The position numbers and the translations under genes are program-made. Shown here piece by piece: positions 1 to 12,800 of a stretch of 64,000 nucleotides of DNA. The notes beneath the pieces were generated by a model. The model saw only the letters and a list, made by a program, of their open reading frames with translations, searched no databases and was not told where the DNA came from. Source of the DNA: Eledone cirrhosa (Eukaryota); NCBI GenBank assembly GCA_964016885.1, contig OZ024741.1, positions 166,408,001-166,472,000 of the forward strand, written 5' to 3'. Position 1 is the stretch's first letter; every line of letters starts with the position of its first letter.

Positions 1-450
1 TATACACACATATCTATATACATATATATATACATACAAGCACATATTAAACGGAAACTTTGAAAACACCATTAAACACACAGCGTCTCCCCCCTTTATT
101 CCCCGTTTTATTCTGTTTGAATGAAACACTATACATTCTACAGTATTCACTTCCATCCACTTCATATCTAAATCATGATGTGTTAGTGCTTCCACTCATT
201 AGCAACTTAGCTGACATAAAAATGTTCTAATTAATGACGAAGAAAAATGTAATTGCCCAATTGCCGTTTAATTACAGGACCAATATTTTCTTGATGTTAT
301 ATAGAAAGTCCTCAATCTTTTATCGACTCTAAAATTCAATGGGATCTTTTATCTTCGTAACGTCAGTTATTACACAATATGTAAGCGATTCTCTTTCTTG
401 TTTTTGTTATTCTTCTCTTCATCTGATTTTACCATTATGTATTTTTATAT

Positions 451-735
451 GTGGAGAGGCGTGGCCTTGAGGTAGGGGTGTTGGATTTACGATCATAATA
501 TCGTGGGTTCGATTCCTGGGTTGGATTGCGTGTTGTGTCCTTGAGCAAAGCACTTTATTTCACGTTGCTCCATTATACTCAGCTGAAATTGAGTAGCAGT
601 AATAGCTGTGGGTTTAACCCTGTGATGGACTGGCGTCCTGTCCATGGGGGAGTTTTGTGCTCTCAGTCGCTTCACGCCGCGAAACCGGGATAAGCACCGG
701 CCTAACGTGCCTTCCAGATTAAGATAGACTTTAGG
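451..735 (+). mobile_element. tRNA-derived SINE family B (second copy at 24179-24465)
   Basis: GGTTCGATTCC B-box, GTGTCCTTGAGCAA.CACTTTATTTCAC core and CCCTG.GATGGACTGGCGTCC domain. Confidence 0.85.
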
Positions 736-737
736 TA

Positions 738-950
738 TTCTTCTTCTTCTTCTTCTTCTTCTTCTTCTTCTTCTTCTTCTTCTTCTTCTTCTATGCTCAC
801 TTATTCCTGAGAGGGTCGTGGGGCAGAATTCTTAAACACTCCTTCCATCGGGTCCTGTCAGAAACAAACGTCTCCAACTGATCCGAATGGATCCCCAAGC
901 GTGAACATCCAACCTCATGGATGTTATCCAACCATTTTGCTCGGGTCTTG
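738..950 (-). mobile_element. RTE-like LINE 3' end with (GAA)n tail
   Basis: KTRAKWLDNI..LG..DRTRWK terminal motif; (TTC)n at 738-791. Confidence 0.7.
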
Positions 951-1029
951 TTGAAATAATAAAATATATGGCGCGATTTAATAATATAACTAACTATTTT
1001 GTTAATAAATTGATGCTTGGGTTGGTAAA

Positions 1030-2368
1030 GGCGGTGGATTGGCAGTATCAGTAGAGCGTCGAACACCAAGCTTTGACGCATAGAGTTACGGCCCTTGATA
1101 TTCTGAGTTCAAATCCCGCCGAGGTTAACTTTACCTTTCCTCTTTACGGGATCGATAAAATAAAGTACCAGTAATACACTGGGATAATTGCTGTCTTGTG
1201 CCAAAAGTAGAAATAATTAACTAACAAACAACTCTTAAATAAAATAATTGCTTCTACTTTTGGCACAAGGCCAGCAATTAACCAGTGTATTACTGGTACT
1301 TTATTTTATCGACCCCCATAAGGATGAAAGGCGCAGTTAACCTCGTCGGGATTTGAACTCAGAATGGAAAGGGCCGTAACTCTATGCGTCAAAGCATGGA
1401 GTCCGACCCTCTACCGATACTGCCAAAATAATGACAGAAGGATTTAATGTAAGTAAAAATTTTGTATGGTCATTTTTTGTTATCATAAATGCAGGTCGGT
1501 TACAGGTGGTTTTGTATTAAAAGGGTCCTATATATATATATAGTGTACCCTAACTAATAGTTGTTCACGGAAACCACCGCATATTCGCGGAATCGTAAAT
1601 ATCTTCCGCAATTTTTTTAATGTTTTTTTTCGTGGCAATATAGATATATTTTTACGCCCCTTTGCATAACACGCTCCCTCTTTTTTAATTATATTTTAGG
1701 TTATGGTTTACAAGCATTTTTATGGACCACGTTCAATATTCGCGGTTTTTCACTCTTCGCAGGTGCTCTAGGAACGTAACTCCGCGAATACCGGGAGACA
1801 AATGTATAATTCTTTTGGGTGGGGGGGGGGGAATAATTGATTTATTATTCCTTGTTAATAGATTGATGTTGTTGTTGTAGCCTTGCATGTTGTTGTTGTA
1901 CCCTTGCTTGTTGTTGTTGTTATTGCTTGTTGTTGTTAAGGGCGGTCGATTGGCAGTACCGGTAGAGAGTCAGACACCATGCGTTTCAGCATAGAGTTGC
2001 GGCCCTTTATGATCTGAGTTCAAATCCCACCGAGGTTAGCTTTTGCTTTCATCCTTACGGGGGTCGATAAAATAAAGTACCAGTAATGTACTGGGTCGAT
2101 TTAATCGACTTTCCTTTCCCCACGAAAATGTTTGACTTTGTTCCTATAGTAGAAATTGTTATTAATTTTGTTGTGAAGGACGGTGGATTGGCAGTATAGG
2201 TGGAGGGTCGGACGCCATGCTTTGCAGCATAGTTACGTCCCTTTACGGTCTGAGTTCAAATCCCGCCGAGGTTGACTTTGCCTTTCATCCTTACGGGGTC
2301 GATAAAATAAAGTACCAGTAATGTACTGGATAATTGCTGGCCTTGTGCCTAAAGTAGAAACAGTTATT
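1030..2368. mobile_element. tRNA-derived SINE family A cluster: ~1030-1218(+), 1244-1426(-), 1940-2162(+), 2179-2368(+)
   Basis: A-box TGGCAGTATCGG, B-box GAGTTCAAATCC, core CCTTTCATCCTTACGGGGTCGATAAAATAAAGTACCAG, and an (ATT)-like tail. Confidence 0.9.
1541..1807. mobile_element. Degenerate Tigger/pogo-like DNA transposon remnant
   Basis: Sub-terminal ATTCGCGG/CCGCGAAT inverted motifs and a GGAACGTAAC.CCGCGAATA terminal signature ending at TGTA. Confidence 0.45.
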
Positions 2369-2562
2369 AATTTTGTTGTTGTTGTAGTTGTAGTTTGGCT
2401 TCTTGTTGTTGTTGTAGTTTTGCTTGTTGTTGTTGTTGTAGTCTTGCTACTGTTGTTGTTGTTGTTGTCTTGCTACTTGATGTTGTTGCTGTTGTTGTAG
2501 TCTTGCTTGTTGTTGTTGTTGCTGCTGCTGTTGTTGCTGCTGTTGTAGCAGCAGTAGCAGCC

Positions 2563-2603
<41 letters not shown>

Positions 2604-2833
2604 TGTAGTAGTAGTAGCAGCAGTAGTAGTAGTAGTAGTAGTAATAGTTCTTTTACTGGTCGGTAATTGTTAAAACACTTTCAAGTTGAGAAAACAGGCA
2701 TACCATTAAGTTAATTAGACCGAAATAAAAAGCGAACTATTCTCCCTTTTACTTCAAAAATGGTAGTTGACCGTGTGTGTACTGGAGTAGATGTGTGTGT
2801 CTATGTGTATCTCTCTTTATACACACACACATG

Positions 2834-2932
<99 letters not shown>

Positions 2933-2942
2933 ATATGTATAC

Positions 2943-3005
<63 letters not shown>

Positions 3006-3298
3006 GACTAGCGCGAGTTTGTGACTCCGTTAATTCATTTTGATATATATATATATATATTATATATATACATGTGTGTGTATATATGAGTGTGTGTGTT
3101 TGTGTGGACGTATGCTGGAGTACATGGCTGTGTATGTGTATCTTTCGGTACACACACAGACACACAAGTGTATAAACATATATTTATATATATATGTGTG
3201 TGTGTGTGTGTGTCTGTCTTCTGTCTGTGTGTGTGTGCGTGCGTTTATAAGTATATGAATATTTGAAAATGTGAACCTCATAAACAGAGAAAATAACT

Positions 3299-5082
3299 AT
3301 AATTGTTTCTATTTTAGGCACAAGGCCAGCAATTTTCAGTACATTACTGGTACTTTATTTTATCGACCCCGTAAAGATGAAAGGCAAAGTTAACCTCGGC
3401 GGGATTTGAACTCAGATCATAAAGAAATAGAAAATAACTATAATAGCAGTCGATCATTATAGATATGGCAGTATCGGTAGATGGATCGGACGCCATGCTT
3501 AGTAGCAAAGAGTTACGGCCCTTTATGATCTGAGTTCAAATCCAGCCGAGGTTAACTTTGCCTTTCATCCTTACGGGGTCGATAAAATAAAGTACCAGTA
3601 ATTCACTGGGGTAATTGCTGGCCTTGTGCCAAAAGTAGAAACAATTATAGATAATAGTTGAGAAAAGTGGGTACATTACTTTTATAGACTTGAACAGTAA
3701 ATTTTAGAAAATCCTTCAAATTTCTTCATTAATTAATTGAAATATTGTGTATTTCATTAGAAATACGGTGATGAAAGGGTTTTAAGGAAATGAGTGGCAA
3801 ATCTTTATCTGAATATGGGACTAACTAATATTGGCAATGTTCCTTCAAACAAGATTTCCACCGAAAATTAGAATGCTGCTCTTGCCAACAGCCGCGAATC
3901 ATACATCATTGCTGTATCAACTTAACACTAGTTAGATCAGGCACGTAATCGCAGCTCAAATGATCAGATATGACCATATAACCTATCAACTAGTTATTTA
4001 GTATCTTATACCATTTAGTATATTACACTAGTATGTTACTGGTATGAATTCATCAATTTTTCTTACGGCTAACAGTCAAAACTAAAACTGGTGAGATTTG
4101 AAACCAAAAGATAGAAGGATATAAAAATAATTGTTTCTACTTTTGGCACAAGGCCAGCAATTACCCAGAACATTACTGGTACTTTATTTTATCGACCCCG
4201 TAAGGATGAAAGGCAAAGTTAACCGCGGCGGGATTTGAATCAGAATGGCAAGGGCCGTAACTCCATACGTCAAAGCATGGCATCCGACCCTCTACCGATA
4301 CTGCCAATAACAATAAAGAAGATTATTGTGTACAGTGCTCAGGTGCACTATAACTCATCAAAGGTGTATGTATAATACATAGAATAATGTACAAATGCCA
4401 GGAAAGTGAAGAATGTATGAGTCATGATACACACACAGAGACTCAGACACACGCAGAGACACGCACAGACACGCACATACACACACAGACACACACACGC
4501 ACACACACATGCGTTCGTGTGTATGGAGGGGGAATATCAGGTGTAGTGTTGGTAAATTTCAGGAAGAGTGGAGGTTTTGAAGGATGCAGCGTCTCGACAG
4601 CTAACAACGGATGTAGGTAGTTTGTTCCGTGTTTCAGCAACTCTGAGCGCGAAAAAAATGTTTCCGAAAGTCATTGGATGAAAATATACCCTTTAATATA
4701 TTTAGTTCGATCCGTAGTTATGTAATCTTGTCTGGACCTTAGCATTCTCCTAACTTTTTGAAAGCAACGAACAGGTTTCGTTCTTATTATTTTCGTGGAT
4801 TGGCAGAATCGGTAGAGCGTCGGACCAAATGCTTCGTGGCATAAAGTTACGGTCCTTTACGTTCTGATTTCAAATCCCGCCGAGGTTAGCTTTGCCTTTC
4901 TTCCTTAAGGGGGTCGATAAAATAAAGCACCAGTAATGTACTGGGTAATTGCTGGCCTTGTACCAAAAGTAGAAACAATTATTTTTATATCCTTCTATCT
5001 TTTGATTTCAAATCTCACCAGTTTAATCGACTTTTCCTTTCCCTTCAATTCGCTGGCCTTGTGTCTAAAGTAGAAACAATTA
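3299..5082. mobile_element. SINE family A cluster: ~3299-3424(-), 3466-3649(+), 4127-4308(-), 4796-4983(+), 3' fragment 5025-5082
   Basis: Same diagnostic motifs as the 1030-2368 cluster. Confidence 0.9.
4320..4678 (-). mobile_element. CR1/L2-like LINE 3' end
   Basis: Minus strand encodes FFALRVAETRNKLPTSVVSCRDAASFK (FF.RV...WN.LP..VV motif), followed by a 3'UTR. Confidence 0.7.
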
Positions 5083-5991
5083 TCTTTCCTTGTAATTTGG
5101 CTTTCCTCGAAAGCAAGTTAATATAAAAAAAGTTCAACTTTCAATGTATTGTCTAGAATAGTTTCCCAAAATGTTTTTTATCTGCTCAGGTTAAAGAACT
5201 ACTTTCTATTGGTTACATGTCGCGATTTGAATTCCTTGCCAACGGGGGTCTCGGTTGATTAAAGTTTTATTTCGCTATCCACATCTACAATGTGAAACTC
5301 TGCCTCTATGTAAACACTTCTTTCAGAGCATTTTTTTCCATGAGCCGTTGTTGACACACATAATCAACATATAATTCCTTTCCCTTTTCTTATATACGTG
5401 CTTGATCGTACAAATCAAGTAAATTTTCAAAGTGAATATAATTCATTGAAGATATCTAATTAGATCGAAACATACCTGTTGCATTCACTGTTGCATTCAT
5501 AAAGAAAATGGCCACTTCATTTGTATTTTCAAGAGTCTCCAAAACATGTGCATCAGCTCAAACACCAGGAGTTCTTTCCCTTACTTGATTCTCAGTATCT
5601 GAACACCACCGAAGGAAGTTTCCGTCCTGAAATCGCGTATGTGATTATAGTTGATTGAAGTATATTCCACTCACAATATTTAGAATGCAAGACACTGCAA
5701 GTATGTATGTATGTATGTATGTATGTATGTATGTATGTATGTATGTATGTATGTATGTATGTATGTATGTATCTATGCATGTATGCATGTTTGTGTGTAT
5801 GTATGTACACTCATACACACATACACACACACACACACATATATATGTATGTATAAAGATAGATAGATAGATAGATCCGGATTATACCGGTTTAAACTGG
5901 TAAGACCATATATTATATGAGAGAGACAGTGGTCGCCTCAGTTATTTTCTCTTTATCCTTTGTTCACACACACACACACATACATGAATGC

Positions 5992-6060
<69 letters not shown>

Positions 6061-6064
6061 CGTG

Positions 6065-6145
<81 letters not shown>

Positions 6146-6546
6146 ACATCTCTCTAGGCACATTAAGCTTTCACTGTAGATTACAAATCGCTGAAACAAA
6201 CTAGTGCAGCACTAAAGTGTCACAAATCAATTTATACAACTCAAGCCTTATTTCTATCTGACACCTAAACCAACCACCACTGCCGCCGCTACCGTCCCCA
6301 CCACCACTACCACCACTACCACCACAACCACCACAACCACCATCACTACCATCACCACCAACAACGCCATTGCCATCACCACCACCACCACCACCACCAC
6401 CACCACCACCACCACCATCGCCCAAATCCTTCGCCTCGTTTTCTGTTTGCAGTATTTTTGCCAGGAATCTACTTATTTGACAATGTATTTCTGTCAAGTC
6501 TGACAGATTTTATCGATAGTTAAGTGCGAAGTTTCTCTACAAAAGA

Positions 6547-6606
6547 ATATATATATATATACATATATACATATATACATATATACATACATAGACACAC
6601 ACACAC

Positions 6607-6682
<76 letters not shown>

Positions 6683-6709
6683 TACATACATAGACACACA
6701 CACACACAC

Positions 6710-6779
<70 letters not shown>

Positions 6780-6805
6780 AATATGTGTGTATGTATATAT
6801 ATATG

Positions 6806-6847
<42 letters not shown>

Positions 6848-6922
6848 TATATAAATATGTGTGTATGTATATATATATGTATATATATATATATATATAT
6901 GTGTATACATATATATATATAC

Positions 6923-6957
<35 letters not shown>

Positions 6958-7024
6958 AGAGAGAGAGAGATATGTATATATATATATATATGTACGTATA
7001 TATATGTATGTGTATATATATATG

Positions 7025-7070
<46 letters not shown>

Positions 7071-7119
7071 TGTGTGTATGTATATATATATGTATATATA
7101 TATATATATATGTGTATAC

Positions 7120-7164
<45 letters not shown>

Positions 7165-7253
7165 AGAGAGAGAGAGAGATATGTATATATATATATATAT
7201 ATGTACGTATATATATGTATGTGTATATATATATATATGTATATATATATATG

Positions 7254-7310
<57 letters not shown>

Positions 7311-7385
7311 ATATATATATGTATGTGTATATATATATGTATGTGTATATATATATATGTATGTGTATATATATATATATATATA

Positions 7386-7450
<65 letters not shown>
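6547..7450. repeat. Compound (TA)n/(TG)n microsatellite, representative of >40 such tracts
   Basis: Direct reading. Other large tracts at 15245-16030, 18317-18790, 20341-20725, 37760-38450, 40965-41590 and 43310-45420. Confidence 0.95.
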
Positions 7451-7452
<2 letters not shown>

Positions 7453-7662
7453 CCATACAAACATAGCCATAAGCCAAGAAGTGCAATGAAGGCCCGTTTC
7501 CGCTAACAACATTCGGCACTTTAACAAAATAACAATGTCATAATTCCCAAAGTTTCAGACAACATGTCATATGTCACATCTATCAGCCATATTTCTTCTG
7601 CAAATGGAGAAAATATAACGTCTACCATAACATCCTATGTAAAAAATGGGCAGTAAATAATT

Positions 7663-8410
7663 GGTGATGTACATGGTGTTAGTGGTGATGGTGGTGGTGG
7701 TGGTGGTGATGGTGGTGGTGGTGGTGGTGGTGGTGGTGGTGGTCGTCGTGGTGGTGGTGGTGGTGGTGGTGGTGATGGTGATGGTGCTAGTGGTGGTGGT
7801 GGTGGTGGTGGTGGTCGTCGTCGTCGTCGTTGTGGGGGTGATGGTGGTGATAGTGATGGTGATGGTGGTGGTGGTGACGGTGATGGTGGTGGTGGTGGTG
7901 GTGGTGGTGGTCGTCGTGGTGGTGGTGATGGTGGTGGTGGTGGTGGTGGTGATGGTGGTGGTGGTGGTGGTGGTGGTGGTGGTGGTCGTGGTGGTGGTGG
8001 TGGTCGTCGTCGTGGTGGTGGTGGTGGTGGTGATGGTGATGGTGATGGTGCTAGTGGTGGTGGTGGTGGTCGTCGTCGTCGTCGTCGTTGTGGGGGTGAT
8101 GGTGATGGTGGTGGTGGTGACGGTGATGGTGGTGGTGGTGGTGGTGGTGGTGGTGGTGGTGGTGGTGGTGGTGGTGGTGGTCGTCGTCGTCGTCGTGGTG
8201 GTGATGGTGGTGGTGGTCGTCGTGGTGTTGGTGGTCGTGGTGGTGGTGATGGTGGTGGTCGTCGTGGTGGTGGTGATGATGGTGATGGGCATGAGCATGG
8301 TGATGGTGATGGTGGTGGTTGTGGGGATAATGATGATGATAGTGATGATGGTAATGATGATGATGCTGGTAGTGGTGATGATGATGGTGGTGTGGTGGTG
8401 GTTGTGGTGG

Positions 8411-8445
<35 letters not shown>

Positions 8446-8680
8446 GTGGTGGCGTGGATGGAGAAATGGCGGCAGCGACAACGACGGGCAATGATGATGA
8501 CGATGATTGACAACAACAACGACGACGACGATGATGACGACGATGATGATGATGAGGAGGTGGAGGAGGTGGATGATGATTGGGATGAACGATGATGCAG
8601 ATAATAAAAATGGTGATGTTGGTGGTGATGATATCCTAGAAAGAGAGGTTGTTGTTGTTGATGATGATGATAATGGTGGG
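7663..8680. repeat. Compound (GGT/GAT/CGT)n trinucleotide array, ~1 kb
   Basis: Direct reading; source of the spurious poly-V/T/H/P ORFs. Confidence 0.95.
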
Positions 8681-8685
8681 ATTAA

Positions 8686-9003
8686 AGTCGATTAAATCAA
8701 CCCCAGTGCGTGACTGGTACTTTATTTTATCGCCCCCCCCCCGTAAAGATGAAAGGCAAAGTTAACCTCGGTGGGATTTGAACTCAGATCATAAAGGGCC
8801 ATAACTCTATGCTGCAAAGCATGGCGTTCGACCCTTTACCGATACAGCCAATCTACCGCCCTTTTTTAATTAATAATCCCTGAAAATAATGGTTGTGTTT
8901 CCTGTAATCAGCATGCAAAACTGCATTTGTGTAGTAAAGAGCCGTAACTCTATGCAGCAAAGCATATTGTCCGACGCTTTACCGATACAGGCAATCCACC
9001 GCC
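8686..9003 (-). mobile_element. SINE family A (8686-8861) plus head fragment (8937-9003)
   Basis: Same diagnostic motifs. Confidence 0.85.
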
Positions 9004-9479
9004 TTAAATTTAATGATAATAGTGATAGTATTTTCTTATCTTTTGTCACGAAAGTAGGATATCACCAAATGTTTCATACCCCCTCCCACACACACATACA
9101 CACACACTAATCGATACCGTTAGATCGTGGATGTAGACCGAGAAGTGACCATCACTGGTTTTCTCGTTTTTTTTCAAATAGCTTGATAAATGTTACCGAT
9201 AAATACAGTACATGTTTTCTGGACCCGACAGCAAAAACACACATAATTCACTTGGTCTCCCAAGGGATCTATTACATGTCTGTTTGCTGGTCTATGCCAA
9301 TCAATTTCCGTTCCAATTGCTCATGTTAGTACTTTTTGTCTCGCAACACGATCTTTGTCTTTGGCCGATGCTTGTTCTAGCAGCCAGTACATGGTATGGG
9401 TGTGTAATTTCACTTCTATATAAACAAATAGACAGACAGACTGACTGACTGACTGATTGACTGACAGATAGATAGATAA

Positions 9480-9569
<90 letters not shown>

Positions 9570-9832
9570 GTTTCTTTTATTTGCTACTAGGGCATCAAAA
9601 GTGGGACAAGTACAAAGGGGGGAGTTTACACAAAAAGGCGTCCTCAATAAGGAGGAGGCAATAACAAAATATAAAAATAAAATAAGATATAACAAAAAAT
9701 AAAATTTTTAACAAAATCCTCAATAGAGAGGAGGCGCCTTGGGGGGTCGCACACACCCCCGAAAAAAGTGTGCAACCCTTTTCCTCAGGAGCACAGAGAG
9801 GGGGTGCTCCCTCGTTCCTTCCTCTTTTCCAC

Positions 9833-12800
9833 CTACAGGCTTATGTAAAGAGAAGGCCCATTCACACGGGCCATTCTCGCCACTTTCACCCACCTTTCAT
9901 AAAAACGACTGGGGTGCAGCACCTCTCTCTCCATCCTGATCCTTCTTCCGAAATGATATCGGAAGAAACGGACCAGTTGTTGGCCAGAGAGAAAGGTGCC
10001 TGACCTCAGTCCTTTCAGACGCGTCCACCATACAACCTCTTTCGCCATGGCTATTACGCACAGAAACACCGCCTCTGCTTCATCTTTGAAGGGGGGAGGC
10101 GGCTTGATCATTACAATAGACTCGGTGGTCAACCGGATCGGTCCCACCCTTGACAGCAGTTGTTCGACATAGCCCCACAGATCGGCTACGCCCGAGCAGT
10201 GTACCAATGCGTGTGCAACGGTTTCCTCGTCGCACACGCATCTGGGACAGATCTTTTTGGCGGGGTCCCTACCCGGGCGCCCGTGTCTGTAGAGCCTTTC
10301 TCGAACGGGTAAAGCCCCTCGGTAGCACTGCCAGGCCAGGGACTTCTGGAAGTTGTCCATAGGTCCCGGGCTGAATGTCCTACCGAACAGGCTGGCCAGT
10401 TCGTCCTCCTCCATGTCTAGGGCTTCTCCGAGGGCGTCGTCGCACCTGCTGCGTACCAGCCCTCTATAGAATGTTGCGGTGGAGTCTCCACTGATAACCG
10501 GATCCGCCTGCCAGAGGGCGGTGAGCGCCTGGGCACACTCAGTGTGCCAGGCGCCCAGTTTTCTCGGTCTTTGCTTGACCCAGGATTGCAGCTCGGTGAG
10601 TGAGACGAGTCTGGGAAAGGTTCGTCTCACAAACGAGGCCCACACCGGTTGTCCGGTGAGGAATACGTAGAGGTGCCGTAGCCTTAATGCGTGTTTACGC
10701 ATCATTAGCCACGGCATCCCCAGCCCTCCTTTCGAAGGGTGTTGACAGCAGATGGATCTCCTCACCATAGGAGCCCGCCCCTTCCAAAGGAATTGGAAGA
10801 GCGCGCGCTCCATCTTGGTGAGGGTTTCCCTTGGGCAGGGCACTACGGTCAGGCGGTAGTAGATGACGGACGCTATATAAGTGTTCGCCACCTCCGCCCG
10901 ACCTTTCAGGGATAGTTTGCAACTGGCCCACTTCTGGGTCAGTGCAAACACCCTGTTCGTAACCTCCGCCCAGTTTTTCTCCACCTGGAGGTCCGGTCCG
11001 AACCAGACCCCGAGCAACTTCACCGGGCCCTCCGTCCAGCGTCCGACGACGCCATCGGAGGGCATCGGTCTGCCCCTCCACGTGCCGAGTTGCAAACCGA
11101 TCGACTTGTCCCGGTTCAGCTTAGCCCCTGTGAACTTTTCGTACTCCTCCAGTAAGGTGCCGACCGCCTCGATTTCGGAGGCCGTCGACACCATTACTGT
11201 CACATCATCGGCGTAGGCTGACACCGCTTTCCGCAATCCCGGTTCCAAAGGGATGCCCTGCAACAACTCCAACTTCCGCAGTAGTGGCTCGAGAGTCAAC
11301 ACATACAGAAGGGAGGAGAGAGGGCACCCTTGTCGGATGGACCGCGCGATTTTGAACGGCTCCGAGAGGTAGCCGTTCACCTTGACCCTAGAGCAGATGC
11401 GGCTGCTGTGCATAGCAGTGATCCAGCCCCTGAAAACGGGTCCGAAGCCTGCCGCCGCTAGCACCGCATCCAGGTAACCATGGTCGACCCTATCGAACGC
11501 CTTAGATTGATCCAAGTTGATCAGAGCCCCACCAAAGCCGGGTTCGTTCCCAACCCTCTCTATGATGTATCGCATGAGGTGGAGGTTGTCATGGATGGAC
11601 CTGGACGGGATAGCGCATGTCTGCGCATCTCCCACCAGGTTGCCCACGACAAGCGCCAACCTCTTTGCTAGCACCTTGGCCAAAATCTGTAACTCTGTAT
11701 TTAGCAGAGTTATGGGCCTGAAGTTACTTATTTCGTCCCCCTTGTTCTCGTCCTTCCTCACTAGCGTGACTACGCCCTTGGTCACAGTACAGGGAATTCT
11801 CCCGTTCTGTTGCCAGTTGCAGTAGACCGCCTCGAGGAGATCGGGGAACAAGTCCGGCATAGCTAGATATAATTCGTAAGGAAGACCATCGAGACCCGGG
11901 GATTTGCGTTTGCCGCATTGGCCCAGCACGTCCTCTATCTCAGCGGCCGAAATCGGCTCCTCGCAAGACTTCGCCTCCCTGTCCGAGAGGCGCGGCAGGC
12001 CGTCGAGGTATGGACCGAAGTCCACGTTTCCAACCGGCTCCCCGCCCCTCCCGAACAGTCGGGCAAAGTGCCTTTGAAAGGCCTCACACATCTGCTTAGG
12101 CTCAAGAATCGCCCGTCCATCCAGGTCTCGCAAAGACCGGATGGTGGATTTAGTTCCACTGTTGGCCTCTGTCACGCGGGCCCAGCTAACAGCTTTGGCC
12201 CCCTCGTTCCCTAGAGCACGTATTTTACTTCGGACAACGCAGCCTTCGTGCTTCGCGTCGAAAAACTGGCTCAAAGCCGTTCTCGACGCTAGCACTCTGG
12301 CCACGTCGCCGCTTCTAATTGCCTCTTCTACTCTATCTATTAGCTCCCTTTCCTTCCTATTCCTATCCGCAGCTAGAACCTTACTAAATTCAATCGAGAC
12401 TACTCTAATCTCTCTCTTTAGAGATACCCACCACCTGCTGTTGACGATCGCTCCAGTCAACCGTTCCTTAACTAACGTACCAATCCGATTCCTGTAGGCT
12501 CTACTTGCCGGCAAGGACAAGTTGAGCTTCCAGTAACCGGGGCCCTGTCTATGCGTTCTATCAAGGTTGACCATGCAGGTCACCAACTTGTGGTCTGAAT
12601 AGCCAACCATGAGCATTTCTGGACAACTTAAAAAGTCCCTGTCCTTATTTCTAACTAAAAATCTATCTAGGTACGATCTAGATGATCCGCTGCGATTTGA
12701 CCAAGACCAGGTTGGCACCGTCGGAAAATCTAGTCGAAATCTATCGGCCAGGTCAAATCGGCCGAGTAACCCCTTGAGGCTGTTGCACCCCTCTCTATCG

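Noticed and set aside
5476-5626. Minus-strand exon-like segment with a single in-frame TGA (possible Sec or edited stop)
   Set aside because: No resemblance to known selenoprotein motifs, no SECIS seen, and an uninterrupted + strand exon reading is at least as plausible.
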